Shown here piece after piece: positions 25,560 to 39,437 of a stretch of DNA of 64,000 nt. Numbering within the stretch: the first letter of the stretch is position 1; every line of letters starts with the position of its first letter. The translations under genes and the position numbers were made by a program. The notes beneath the pieces are model-generated. The model searched no databases, was not told the DNA's origin, and was given only the letters and a program-made list of their open reading frames with translations. This DNA is from Octopus vulgaris (taxonomy: Eukaryota), in assembly GCA_951406725.2 (NCBI GenBank), contig OX597819.1:124558001-124622000 (forward strand). Direction: 5' to 3'.

Positions 25560-27060
25560 AATTTGATTGTATTTTTCATAAATGGAGGAGATTAGATGTT
25601 AATATGGGATAAAATATTTATTCAATTCACAAGATGATCATTTCATACAGAAAGACAATAAATTAATTTTAAGAATCTGAGTTGTCAAAGAGTGCTCCAA
25701 AAAAAAATTGATTTAGTTACAGCTGTTTCTAGAATAGCCAAGCATGTTGATTTTGATATTGAGTAAGGATTCCATTATCCGAGAGGGAGAAGTTACAGAA
25801 ATATAAAAGTGAAGAAATATCCCCAATCAAGGATATTAGTATATTCCAGTTTGTCAGAAATGAAGGAAGGATCAGAGTGAAATGGGTATGTATTACACAG
25901 TTCCATGAGCAAATAAATAATAAAGTTATAGATAAGGTCCATTAGCAATTCCAAATAAGAATGTTTGATGGTAATCTATGGCTAGGAGTAGTGGAAGTTA
26001 CCAGTTCCATTCTTGAATAGTTAGTGAATGAAGACTGAGTAGGAATAATATGTTACAGTGTGGAGGGAAGATAGAATGGTAGATGTACTAATGTAGATAT
26101 ATTCTAGTCTGTATCGTGGGGGTAAATATGGTTGTCCTCTTTGCTTTTTCCCCAAAGCTATTTTTAAAACTAGTCTATCACAAAGGCCTTATTATAAAAA
26201 GAGGAGAATGGAGAACGTGGTAGCTTTTCTTGCTTTTCCCAAAGGTGGTAGAAGCATTAGTGAGATAAAATGACTTCAACTGGCATTTGAAGACGTACGA
26301 CAATGCTACGTTTGTCAAGTAGTTTTGACCTGCTCTACTACAGCACTTCTTTCAATGTTAAATGTTATGTGTTTAGAAAATCAAATATAAACAAAATGTA
26401 AACAATCTCATGAAAAATTACAACGAACCAACTGATGATAATCAAACCACTTGCATCTAGTCATATTAACAAAAATTAATTTGAAAATACATCATTTAAA
26501 ACCAAAATTAAAAATTCTGCAAGAATTTTCTTGACAACAAAGAAATAAAATAAAAATTATAAAAATAAGAAAATATAAAAACTATAAAATTTATAATGGT
26601 AGTTAAAAAGTTGTTGGTTATAAATACGTAAAAGAGCTGCAAGGTGGGGGTGCAGAGGAATAGTTAGGGAATCACATTGATAGGGTGGGGACCGCACACT
26701 GTTACTTGTACTTTTGAGAATGTGTTGCATAACCTATGTCAGCAATTAAAAATCAGATTATTTCGTTTGTTCAAACAATTGATGGATTGCAGAATAGAAA
26801 AGACTTCAGCAATGCATAAGTTGCATTTGTTTTCATAACTGTTTAATGGTTTAGCATGAGTAATTATGAACCATTTAAAATTATATGGAATTAAGTTCTG
26901 CTTTAGGTTGTGAATTAGCTGAGATAAAGATGTGCTGTTAGTTCTTGCTTGGGATTTGAAGCTAGAATAGAGGTTGCCCGCTCTGGCTTTGATGGTGGTG
27001 CTGCATGAACTGATGTATACATAAGTGGAATTCTCAGCTGAGACCATGCATTTGTATACA
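25560..27060 (-). pseudogene. Second Penelope-like 3' fragment (GIY-YIG), convergent with the first
   Basis: ORF 26739-27047 YISSCSTT...FKW.I...KCNLCIAE...LNKRN; degenerate hammerhead-like motif downstream at ~25716-25860. Confidence 0.7.
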
Positions 27061-27646
27061 ATGTTTCATATATATGTGTGTGTGTGTGTGTATGTGTGTG
27101 CACATGCATGCATATGCATACTTATATGTGTTAATGTGCATTTTCTTTTAATGATTTGCTCAAGCAAGCTAGAACAGGGCCTATTACTTTAGGGTCTCCA
27201 AAAATGGTGACAAGAAGTTATTCTCAGACCTACCTCAAATGCTTGCAACACTGGATTTTGCTACAGGCATCCAAGGGCCGAATGTTGGGGCTAAACATGT
27301 TTAAGTGTCCTTTCTTTTTGCCTGTTACATTGGAATATATACCCTTCCCTACTTCCTGTCCCTTGACCATGTGGTCGTTGGGGCATTCATTGATGATGTT
27401 GCAACAAATTTTGTTACCTATCTCAGTCTACTGCTACCCTCTGTGAGTCAGCAAAATTGAGGCTCATCCACTCTTTGATGCTAACTTGGGCAATCCAGGA
27501 GATCCAGTATGGCTTCTGCTCTTTTATCCATAGCAAGCAATCCAGTTAGAAATGAAAGCTCAAGCAACTGGCTTCTTGTGTCACGCTACAAATGCAACAT
27601 TTCTTCTTATTACATTCTCATTTACTAAATACATACATGCATATTC

Positions 27647-27738
<92 letters not shown>

Positions 27739-28199
27739 GCATGAATGTCTGTTTGTCTCTACACAAATATGTGTACAAATAGGGTATGTATGTATTTAGA
27801 TAAATATGTGTATTCCTCTGTGTGTATGAGTTTGTGCATGACGTTGATACAAGAAAAAATGCTTTGGTCAATTATTAGAATGAAAAGTGTCTCCTCTTAA
27901 GCGAACTAGCACAAGATTCACAACAAAAAAGTTTGGAGTATCAGATATGAACAATTAAAGTAGCCTCTACCCTTACTCTTACTCTTTTACTCTTTTACTT
28001 GTTTCAGTCATTTGACTGCGGCCATGCTGGAGCACTGCCTTTTAGTCGATCAAATCGACCCCAGGACTTATTCTTTGTAAGCCCAGTACTTATTCTAATC
28101 GGTCTCTTTTGCCGAACCGCTAAGTTACAGGGACATAAACACACCAGCATTGGTTGTCAAGCGATGTTTGGAGGAACAAATACAGACACGCAAACATAT

Positions 28200-28248
<49 letters not shown>

Positions 28249-30009
28249 TACGACGGGCTTGTTTCAGTTTCCGTCTACCAAATCCACTCACAAAGCTTTG
28301 ATCAGCCCAAAGCTATAGTAGAAGACACTTGCCCAAGATGCCACGCTGTGGGAGTGAACCCAGAACCATGTGGTTGGTAAACAAGCTACTTAGCACACAG
28401 CCACTCCTGCGCCTTCCTTCACATGTAGCCCAAAGTAGTTAAAGAATAACTACTTTATACCTTTGAATAAAGAGTTACAGCTGGTTAATGTTGAGAAGTC
28501 ATGTCTGGCTACAATAATGTAAAATTATTGAGAGAGAGAGAGAAAGAGAGAGAGAGACCCACCCATCAGATCATAAGAGAACTTTTTTGTGTTGTGTTTG
28601 TTTGTATGGACTACCACTTTTGTTGTAGACAACCTTCTAAAAAAACTAGGTACCTATCCTCCTCCTCTCTACTTTTCACTCCCAAAAGTTTGGGGACCCT
28701 AAAAAAGATATGTGAATGTCACTTTAACTCCAAGAAACTTAGGTGCTTTTTAGGTGCTTGTCTTGAAAGAAAGAAGCAAGTGCTGCTGTTGTTGGTGTGT
28801 GAAGATCTGATAACTTATTTCACACCAACAAATGGGGGACCTCAGGTATAAAGTTTATTGGTGAGTGATTTTCTCAGAAAACTTGTACCTGTTCCAGACT
28901 AACACACATGTGAAATTGAGGGATATTTGATGATGTGTTCTATACACAGTGAAATGCCTGCTTGAAATGAAAGCATCTGTGTTGCACCTAGTAGCTCAAT
29001 GGAGTATTACTTATATGGGCGGGAAGCTTGCTGTTGGTGTCCATTATCGTCGTCGTTGTTTAATGTCCGCTTTCCATGCTAGCATGGGTTGGACGATTTT
29101 GACTGAGGGCTGGCAAACCAGACAGCCGCACCAGGCTGTCTGGTTGGCATTAGGAAGGGCATCCAGCTGTAGAAACTCTGCCAGATCAAGATTGGAGCTT
29201 GGTGCAGCCATCTGGTTCGCCAGCCCACAGTCAAAATCGTCCAACCCCTGCTAGCATGGAAAGCAGACGTTAAACGATGATGATGATGATTCAACCAGTG
29301 ATAATTCCATTTTTTGTTCTTTGCAAGCATTGTCTAAAATGTCCATCCTATTTTAACACAGTAGGATATTATTTAAAGAAGATTTGGCTGTTATTTCTAA
29401 CAGATTGAAGGACTACTTAGAAGCCCTTGAAAGCTGATGTGTGTGTGTGTTTGTGTCTCTGTTGCCCACTGCTGCTTGACCATTAGTGTTGGTGTGTTTA
29501 TGTCCTTGTAACTTAGCAGTTCAGCAAAATAGACTGACAGAATAAGTATCAGGCTTAAAAAAGAAAAAAATAAGTACTGGGGTTGATTTGTTTGGATAAA
29601 ATTCTTCAAGGCAGTGCCCCAGTCTAATGACTGGAACAAGTAAAAGATATAGGATAATAAAAAAACCGTTTTTAAGAATATTTTTATAGGATGTTTTCTA
29701 CCATTAATATAATGAACTCCATAAAAATATCAGTGTCAATTAATTGCTCATTTATCCCTATTAATTCTATTTCACAAAAACCAAAATATTTTGTGAGTTC
29801 AGTAAATAACCATTTGTAAACATGCGTTATTTTTCTGGTACTTGGCTAAAACCTGTCTCAACTGGATCAGAAGTAGGAAAGGCAATGGAATAGAATATTT
29901 CTTCCTGCCAAAGTAATGGTAATTTGGTTATAATTTTACTACTTGTCCATTAGTTATTGGGCCCGTGATCAACTTTAGCTTGAGCATTTTACTCTGCAAC
30001 TTTTGTGCC

Positions 30010-30490
30010 TGATATCAACTTCAGCTTGACTTGAGACAGCATTCACCCGGGGTGGGTTGAGCTAGCTTCATTCATCCTCAATGCTGCATCTCTCACAAAC
30101 GCCGACCAGACCTGGCGATTTGAGGCTAACGACCACATGATCTCCAACCACTCCTTATTCCAGCGGTGAACACCGTAGATATGGGGGCCTAGGTTGGGTT
30201 CCAGATCAGCCTTGACTGTCATCAGTCAGGTTTTTCATTGTCCACCACATCGCTTTCGCCAACCCTGAAGGGGGATTTGGGGCAAATGCTTCATAGATGA
30301 ATTCTCCTGGCTGATGACGGAGGGCATGACCCAGCCAATACAGACGTCTCGTTAGGATGACTTGTCGGAGGGAGGTGATTCTGCACTGGTGTCGCACCGA
30401 ATTGTTGGAGGCAAAGTGATGCCAGCGGACACGAAGGATGCGGCATAGACAGAAGTGATCGAAGGATTCTAGTCGAATTTCAGCTGCATT
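30010..30490 (-). mobile_element. RTE-like LINE 3' fragment of another family
   Basis: CLCRILRVRW...RRLYWLGHALR with a (TCAAG)n-like tail. Confidence 0.7.
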
Positions 30491-31659
30491 TGTCCCTAAT
30501 GGGACAACTTACCACCCAACTTACAATGTCCATTTCTAGGAGATCTTTGAACTTAATTTCTATATCGTATTCAAGTGCTCAATGTATGCAAAAAATATTC
30601 TCTTGCAGCTCCTTCTCAGTGGTGGCGAAGATTGGAAAACGCATCAACTCCTTATGTCCAATATCTATCCTGAATAGATGAACTTTTCCAAGGAAAGCAC
30701 TAGTAACCTCTATAAGTTAAAAGATTTGTATTTTTACCTTTCAGCTATTTTTTCAGTAAATTTAGTTTATTAAATATATCTGAAAAATAAATTATATCAC
30801 ATTTGACAGCTAGGATTTCTACCATACAAAAACTTTACAACATGTCCCAAAATTCAATGAAGTGATACAGATTGTCACTGTGTGTATGAACTTCAAAACA
30901 ATAACATTTAATTCATACAAGACTTTCCAATGGTAACTTAATACTTTATACATCAACGTTAAATTATTATTTAAGTGTCAAATGAATTCTGTTTTTTTTT
31001 CTGTTATGATGGAACTTAAGATATAGATAATGCATTGTGTGTATCTTAATTTCTGTTGTGTATTTATGCATATTTTTGTATGTAAATTTTAGAGTTACCA
31101 ACATCATCCTCATTATTATCGTCATTTAATAGCTAGCTTCAGTTGGATGGTTTGACAGAATCCAATGGTTCCTAGGACTGCATCATATTCCAGCATCTGC
31201 TTTGGCATGGTTTCTATGGCTGGTAGTAAGGTGTGACCTGAGGAAGATTTGGCTATTATTTCAGTAGCTGTATACAGGATTTGTTGTTGGTTCATTGTTA
31301 TAGTGTTGGTCCCACTTACTGGCTAATAAAATAGTATAAAACCATCTCCATAAAATACACCCACAACAACATCTTTGTCTTCACTATCTACTAACACTAT
31401 ATTCTTCTGATCAGTACTTCTTACTTAAAATCTTTCCCCCAAATAAAACTTATATTCCACAGTTATTTTATGTTTGGAGAAATTCTCTGACATCTCTTTA
31501 TTTCACGTTTGTTTCCATCTTATCTCAGGGATTTCCTTGTAAACTGTCGAACAGCTGGGATTTTCACACAAACCCTACCATCTTTACTGTTCAATTGGTT
31601 CTCCCACCCCCATCTCTATTCCTTCAAATAGGTTTCCTCCTGTGGAATAGATCCTATGC

Positions 31660-31969
31660 ATAGTAGTAGTAGTAATTGTAGTAGTAGTAGTAATAATAGT
31701 AGTAGGAGCAGTAGTGGTAGTAGTAGTATTATTATTAGTAGTAGTACTAGTAGTAGTATTAGTAGTAGTATTAGTAGTAGTAATAGTAGTAGTATTAGTA
31801 GTAGTATTAGTAGTAGTACTAGTAGTAGTAGTACTAGTAGTAGTAATAGTAGTAGTAGTAATAATAGTAGTAGTAGTAGTAGTAGTAATAGTAGTAGTAG
31901 TAGTAGCAGCATCACTAGGAGTAGTAATAGTAGTAGTAGTAGTAGCAACAGCGTCACTAGAAGTAGTAA

Positions 31970-32044
<75 letters not shown>

Positions 32045-32053
32045 CAGCAGTAG
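31660..32053. repeat. ~390-bp imperfect (TAG)n trinucleotide array
   Basis: Direct reading of the sequence. Confidence 0.95.
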
Positions 32054-32536
32054 TCATTAGGTAGTGTTTTCGAGGTAACTTTCACTCCTCAGAAGTTACA
32101 CAGCTTTTGTATTTCTCTCGGTGTGTGTTTTTGGTAAAGTAATACATCTTCTGAAGGCAATTCAATCTATTTCAGAGCCAAAACCCGCTGTCTACTGCCT
32201 GCCAGGGCAATAAGAGAAACAGGGAGAGTTTTTCATTACTGACAATGTCAGATATTATCTAAAGAGAGAAACAAATAAACTGAAATTGGAAGAAAAGAAA
32301 TGTGGGAAAGGAAACAAAAACCAACAAAAAAAACCAACAACAAAAACCAAAAAACAAAAACACTGCTGAAATCTCTTAAATTACCTGAAAAAATGTCATC
32401 TGGTTTCTATTTATGAAAATCTCTTGTAACTTCAGGTTTTCCTTTGTGTGTGTGTTTGTGTATGTGAGTGTGTGTGTGTGTATTCTCACATATGTGTATA
32501 ATGAGGACACAAACACATTTATTCTCACATACATGC

Positions 32537-32573
<37 letters not shown>

Positions 32574-32699
32574 AAACCCATGCTAGCATGGAAGGCGGAC
32601 GTTAAATGATGATGATGATGATGATGATATATATATATATACATGTGTATATGTATATATATATGAATATACACATTCATGTGTGTATATGTGTGTGCA

Positions 32700-32797
<98 letters not shown>

Positions 32798-33315
32798 TAT
32801 ATTTATGTACAATGTATAAGCATAAATATATATGTGTATTCATTTAAATGTATATATACATTTATATGAATACATGTATATATTTATGCTTATACTTTGT
32901 ACATAAATATAAACATATATATATATATATATACATATACATACATACGTACATACATACATACATATATATATATATACGTACATACATACATACATAT
33001 ATATATATATACATATACATACATATATATACACATACACACACACACATACATGCACACACATATAAGCATAACGTACATACCTATATATATCTTCTTT
33101 TACTCTCTTAATTGTTTCAGTCATTTGATTGCGGCCATGCTGGAACACTGCCTTTAGTTGAACAAATCGACCCCAAGACTTATTCTTTGTAAGCCTAGTA
33201 CTTATTCTACCGATCTCTTTTGCCGAACTGCTAAGTTATGGGGACGTAAACACACCAACATCAGTTGTCAAGTGATGGTGGGAGGACAAACACAGACACA
33301 CAAATACATACATAC

Positions 33316-33356
<41 letters not shown>

Positions 33357-34059
33357 TGTGATGGGCTTCTTTCAGTTTCCATCTACCAAATCCACTCACA
33401 AGGCTTTGGTCAGTCGTAGGCTATAGTAGAAGACACTTGCCCAAGATGCCATGCAGTGGGATTGAACCTAGAACCATGTGGTTGAGAAGCAAGCTTCTTA
33501 CCACACAGCCACTCTTGAGCCTATATAACATATATATGAAGAAATATATTTTAACTTAGAGATAGTGGACCCCTACATCTCACCAAATAAAAAGAATTTT
33601 TATTTTTATTTTAAATACCTACTGTTTTATTACTTGGCAACACGTGTTTCATGAGGTACATCCTCGGGTTCCTAAACTACTCCGTGTTTCCCTGGTACCC
33701 CTCTCAAAATGCCACCCCAATCATCAGCCCCCTATCTAACTTTATCAACGTTCAATACAATAAACTATATTTTAATTTTTTAAAACCCTTAAGTATGTGT
33801 AAAATTGGTTTGTTTAAATTAGGTATGTTTAAATTAGTTCGCTGGACTCTACAGTATATATGTTAAATATAACATATATATGTATATATATCAAATAAAA
33901 TGGAATTCGAAAAGACTGGTGGTAATCTATATTGGCAAGATTTGTATTATTTAGGAAAAAATAATAAAAGTTCAATGAAATTTCTATGGGAAGCGGAAAA
34001 TCCAGTGTTTTGGACAGAGTTCTTTTTCAAGGAAGTGAGGGAATTAGTAAAATAAATAA

Positions 34060-34450
34060 TAATGAAATTATTGTATACAGTGCTCAGGTGCACCACAACT
34101 TGTCAAAAGTGCGTATAAAGAATATTCAGTAATGTACAAATGTCTGGGAAGTGAACAATGTATGAGTCAGATACATGCTTGTGTGTGTATGGAGGGGAGG
34201 AAATCAGGTGTAGTGTTGGCGAATCTCAGGAAGCATGGAAGTTTTGAAGGATGCAGTGCTCTGACAACTAACAACTGATGCCGGCAGTCTGTTCCATGCT
34301 TCAGCAACTCTCAGCATGAAAAATGTTTCCGAAAGTCATGGGAGCTGTGTTGTTTTCTGACTTTGTAAACATGTCCACGGGTGTTAGACAGGTGGAGTTT
34401 GAAAAGGTGCTCAGAGTTATTGTTTGTAAGATGGTTAATAATTTTATGGT
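34060..34450 (-). mobile_element. CR1/L2-like LINE 3' fragment
   Basis: NTRGHVYKV...FRKHF..RVAEAWNRLP C-terminal signature. Confidence 0.75.
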
Positions 34451-34904
34451 GAGTGACATGAGTGAAATTAAAGAGACAGCTGAGTTTTACATTGTTTATG
34501 TTTGTAAAACTGGTTGCAACTGATGAGAAATGCAAATCCCATATGAGTCCCATACATGGACAAGAATTAGTAAGAGAGGGAAACTTTGAGAAAGCTTGAA
34601 ACAAAAAGAAATGAAGATGAGGGTGAGGGAAAAGATTGTGGTGAGCAGCGAGTTTAAAGATAAAATGGGATTTCTAAATTAAGAGTAGATGTTGGAAGTA
34701 GAAGGAAAAATATTCCTTTAAACCTGTCAGAACCAAGTTAAAATATGAAACATTGTTCTTTCAATTCCCATGAGTATGTGAACCCATGGTGTGTGGAGAT
34801 GTCACATACTGATAAATGAATAATGGAATGGTCTGTTGTGTTAAAGTGGGTGGCACCAGGTTGGTCAAGCTTACATAATAATATACTTCAAGACATACAC
34901 ACAA

Positions 34905-34937
<33 letters not shown>

Positions 34938-35139
34938 CGTACATGCGACGGGCTTCTTTCAGTTTCTGTCTGCCAAATCCGCTCACAAGGCTTTGGTCAG
35001 TCCGAGGCTATAGCAGAAGACACTTGCCCAAGATGCTATGCAGTGGGATTGAACCCGGCACCATGTGGTTGGGAAGCAAGCTTCTTACCACACAGCCACT
35101 CTTGCACCTATATAGCATATATATATATATATTCTAAAA

Positions 35140-35560
35140 GGGATCGGCAAGGTGTTGGCTTGTTTTCCTAATGTAAACTTGCATATGAGTTTGTCATTCA
35201 AATGGAAGGGCAGATGGGTGGAAGGTGAAAGGGAATAGAATCCAATGTGTGCATAAAGAGGGTAGGAGAGCAGTGGTGCGATTGATGGGCTGAGCTTGAC
35301 AGAGTGCAGGGGCCACAGTTGATCAAAGGAACCCGTTAGACTCTCCAGGCAGAAAAGAAAGTGAGTCGAAGTGGTTTAGGACATGGTTGGTATCTTTGAT
35401 ACGTGAGGATAAGGCAGCAATGAGGGGTGATAATATTTGTCGAGGTCCGCTGAGATAAGTGCAGCAGGACGGTTGCAGGTGGCTGGGATTGTTTGCCTTG
35501 TGAATTTTGGGGATTAAGTAGATAGTGAGGTTTGAGGTTACTGTTGTGGAAGGATCCTGA
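35140..35560 (-). pseudogene. Penelope-like reverse transcriptase fragment
   Basis: YLIPKIHKANNP...ILSPL...IKDTNH, matching the PLE RT N-terminal motif (PKIHK). Confidence 0.7.
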
Positions 35561-35796
35561 CCCCCCCCCACATGACCAAAAGTGAACTGCACCAGGCTCC
35601 AGTCTGATTTGGCAGTGTTTCTACGGCTGGATGCTCTTCCTAACGCCAACCACTCCGTGAGTGTAGTGGGTGCTTTTTACGTGCCACTGGCACAGGTGCT
35701 AGGCGAGGCTGGCAATGGCCACGATCAGGTTGGTGCTTTTTACATGCCACTGGCACGGAAGCCAGTCAAGGTGGCGCTGGCATTGGCAAAAAGAAG

Positions 35797-35876
35797 GCTT
35801 TTCTATCCGATTGGGAGTCGAACCCACATCCCTTTGTTAACGCGAGCAAGTGTGTTACTTCTACACCAGCGAATCA
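35797..35876 (-). other. tRNA-like sequence (pseudo-tRNA or SINE head)
   Basis: Minus strand ctggtgtagaagtaacac...gtgggttcgactcccaa; imperfect acceptor stem. Confidence 0.4.
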
Positions 35877-36964
35877 ACCTACACCAGTGATATTCCTCCT
35901 TAGTCCATTTCTGTCTTGTATTTCTATTTTGTTGAGATAGGTTTAGTAGTTGATCCTGAGCATCGGTTTTGGGAATATTCCTCGTTTTATTTGCTACAGG
36001 TTCTTGAGGAGGTTGGTCCTGACTTAAAGACTTTTCGAGCTCAGTGTCAGAACCTAAAGGTTCTAGTGAGTATTTCCATGGTTCGTATCAACTGCTGTGT
36101 TATAAGTGCACAGGGTTAACCAGTTGTCTGGTTCCTTGGGTAAGGTTCTTCGGTCCCAGGCATCATCATTTTCTGGGTGGAGTGGGATTTTATTTTGAGA
36201 AGTTTTAAATTAGTTCAGGTCATGACCTGCCGTTTGGCAGGTGTCAAATGGTTGGCCCACAGAATTCATGTAGCATTGAGGCAGATATTGAATTGACAGC
36301 CAGAGAGAAACAGAAACAAGGAGACAAAAGACAGAACCATCATGCAGACTCTGAGCTATTTCCTGTAGGATGGTGGTGGTTGTGGCAGGAGTTGTAATGG
36401 GATTGCATATGTTCTGTCAGCAGGATGTAAATGCTGTGGCATGTTTGTGTTTGTCTCCAGGCAAATCACTATTATCTTTGTTATTATTAGTAGCTGTAGT
36501 AGTAGTAGTAGTAGCAGCAGCAGCAGTAGTAGTGCAATCAGGAAGCAAAAGAAACATCACACCTTGAGGTCAACAGAGGTCAAATATGTTTACTGCTACA
36601 AGTACCCAATGAAAGGGCTGACCTTGGCCTTGAAAGGGGCCAACTCACCCTGTTCTGTTTTAATTATGGATAGAAAAAATAATAATAATACACACTCACG
36701 CACGCACGCGCGCGTGCACACACACTCACACACACACATGCACACACACGCACATGTTGGGAGAATTCACAAAAAAAACCAAAAGACGAAGATAGGTGGT
36801 GTAGAAAACAAACAGATGTATTAGTATAATGCTCCGGAATTGAAAAAGTCTAACGTTTTGACCCTATGCTCTTCCACAGAAAGGAACAAGGAGAGAAAAT
36901 AAAAAATGTGTAGTGGCTAGCGATATATCATGGCGACTGGATGTACACACACACATGGTTACAT

Positions 36965-37806
36965 GGTTAGAGATTTAGGGACATGGTCACATGGTCAGAC
37001 ATCCTCATCAAGAAATTTGATGAGAGGGAGAAAGAGCTACAGACATCAGACATAGAAGGTAGCTGAAAATTCCTACGGGACAGCTTGGTGAGTGCCACAG
37101 ACCAAATCTGCAGATGGTGCAAAGTCCCTTCCAGACCTAGAGTTACGTGGTGGTGGAATAGTACGGTAGACAAAGCCATTAGAGCAAAGAAACAGGCCTG
37201 GAAAGCCTGGAAGGGTAGGGGTAGCAGGGAACTGTACCAGGTAGCCAAAAGGGAGGCTGGGCAGCAGGTATACATAGCCAAAGATGTAGCAGAAAAGAAG
37301 AAGTTTGCCAATGTCCTGTAACGTGAGGACCAAAGAACTGAGGTATTTCGGATTGCAAGACAGTGTGTGAGAGAAAATTGTGATGTCACAGGAGAGAAAT
37401 GTGTTCGAATGGATGATGGGGCACTTGCTTTTAATGATTCTGAAAAGAAAGAGGCTTGGAGAAGCCATTATGAAAGACTGCTGAATGTGGAGAATGAATG
37501 GGAGGAGGAGAGCCTGCCAAATGTTGACCCAATAGAGGGACCAGCTATCAAATAGACAGCTCCCTAGTAGATAAAGCAATTAAGGGTATGAAGCCAGGAA
37601 AAGCTCCTGGCTTGTCAGGAATCACTGCTGAGATACTTAAAACATCTGGTGGTGTGGGCTATGGCATAGTCACCCACATTGTAAACCAGGTAGTTCATGA
37701 TGGAGTCATACCCAATGACTGGCATAGCAGCACCATAGTCAACTGCTACAAGGTGATGCTCTAGATAGAAATAACTACAGGGGTATTAAACTGCTGGATC
37801 AGGTGA
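36965..37806 (+). pseudogene. RTE-LINE internal fragment (region between endonuclease and RT)
   Basis: TWWWN..V..AIRAKK.AWK.W; WRSHYE.LLN.E; MK.GKA.G..GI..E; internal stops. Confidence 0.8.
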
Positions 37807-37924
37807 TATGTGTGTGTGTGTGGGTGTGTAGATATATAGTAAAATCAAATAAATGAACAATAAAATTGACAATAGCAAACAACAAGAGAATGTGTACATG
37901 GAATGTTTGGCACTCAGTAAAAAG

Positions 37925-38900
37925 AGTTTTTGACGTTTTGAGCACAGCTCTTTGTTGAGAAGGAAAAGGGGAAAAGTCCAAAGAAGGAAAAACAATCACC
38001 AACATTACTGAAGTGACCGGAAGTGGAATGAGAGAGAGAAAGTGGTTTTTTGACGTTTTGACGTTTTTTGACGTTTTTGATGTTTTTTGACGTTTTGAGC
38101 ACAGCCCTTTGTTGAAAAGGAAAAAGGGAAAAGTCCAAAGAAGGAAAAACAATCACCAACATTACTGAAGTGACCGGAAGTGGAATGAGAGAGAGAAAGT
38201 GGTTTTTTGACATTTTGACGTTTTTTGACGTTATTGACGTTTTTTGATGTTTTTTGACGTTTTGAGCACAGCCCTTTGTTGAAAAGGAAAAAGGGAAAAG
38301 TCCAAAGAAGGAAAAACAATCACCAACATTACTGAAGTGACTGGAAGTGGAATGAGAGAGAGAAAGTGGTTTTTTGACATTTTGACGTTTTTTGACGTTT
38401 TTGACGTTTTTTGATGTTTTTTGACGTTTTGAGCACAGCCCTTTGTTGAAAGGGAAAAAGGGAAAAGTCCAAAGAAGGAAAAACAATCACCAACATTGCT
38501 GAAGTGACCGGAAGTGGAATGAGAGAGAGAAAGTGGTTTTTTGACATTTTGACGTTTTTTGATGTTATTGACGTTTTTTGATGTTTTTTGACGTTTTGAG
38601 CACAGCCCTTTGTTGAAAAGGAAAAAGGGAAAAGTCCAAAGAAGGAAAAACAATCACCAACATAACTGAAGTGACCGGAAGTGGAATGAGAGAGAGAAAG
38701 TGGTTTTTTGATATTTTGACGTTTTTTGACGTTTTTGACGTTTTTTGATGTTTTTTGACGTTTCGAGCACAGCCCTTTGTTGAAAAGGAAAAAGGGAAAA
38801 GTCCAAAGAAGGAAAAACAGTTACCAACAGCACATGTGTAGTTACATTGCTGAAGTGACCGGAAGTGGAAATGAGAGAGAGAGAAAGTGGTTTTTTTGGG
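37925..38900. repeat. Tandem satellite of ~6 units (one 157-bp spacing, then 167 bp)
   Basis: gagcacagc recurs at 37940, 38097, 38264, 38431, 38598 and 38765; internal (ttttgacg)-type subrepeats. Confidence 0.95.
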
Positions 38901-38921
38901 ACAGGAAAGTGCAAAGGTTGC

Positions 38922-38961
<40 letters not shown>

Positions 38962-39121
38962 TTCAATTTATGTGAGTGATGTCCGTATGAGGGTGTGAGT
39001 CAACAAGCAGGTTAGTGGCTGGTGTCTAATTAGGTCAAGAGAGGTGGAAGTGTGTGAGTGGGTGGGTGTGACTGTGAGTATATGTGTTTGCATGTGTGCA
39101 TATAACAGTGGGAATGTACGT

Positions 39122-39156
<35 letters not shown>

Positions 39157-39165
39157 TATGAGTGC

Positions 39166-39222
<57 letters not shown>

Positions 39223-39398
39223 ACCCATGCTAGCATGGAAAGCGGACGTTAAACGATGATTAAACGATATATATGAGTGTGTGTGAGGTCATGTGTGTGG
39301 ATGTATGTGTATGTGCATGTGTGTGTGTGTGTGTGTGTGCATGTGAGAGAGAGAGAGTAAGAGGTGAGGTGGCATGTGTATGGTGTGTTTGAGTAGCC

Positions 39399-39437
<39 letters not shown>

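Noticed and set aside
31584-32064. Poly-T/S/V/L mucin-like ORFs
   Set aside because: They are readings of a (TAG)n microsatellite with no splice or domain support.
35797-35876. Functional tRNA gene
   Set aside because: The T-loop is present but the acceptor and anticodon arms do not pair convincingly; kept only as tRNA-like.
37786-38966. Several 100-190 aa ORFs with repeated peptides
   Set aside because: These are translations of the 167-bp satellite; the unit length is not a multiple of 3 and the frames rotate.
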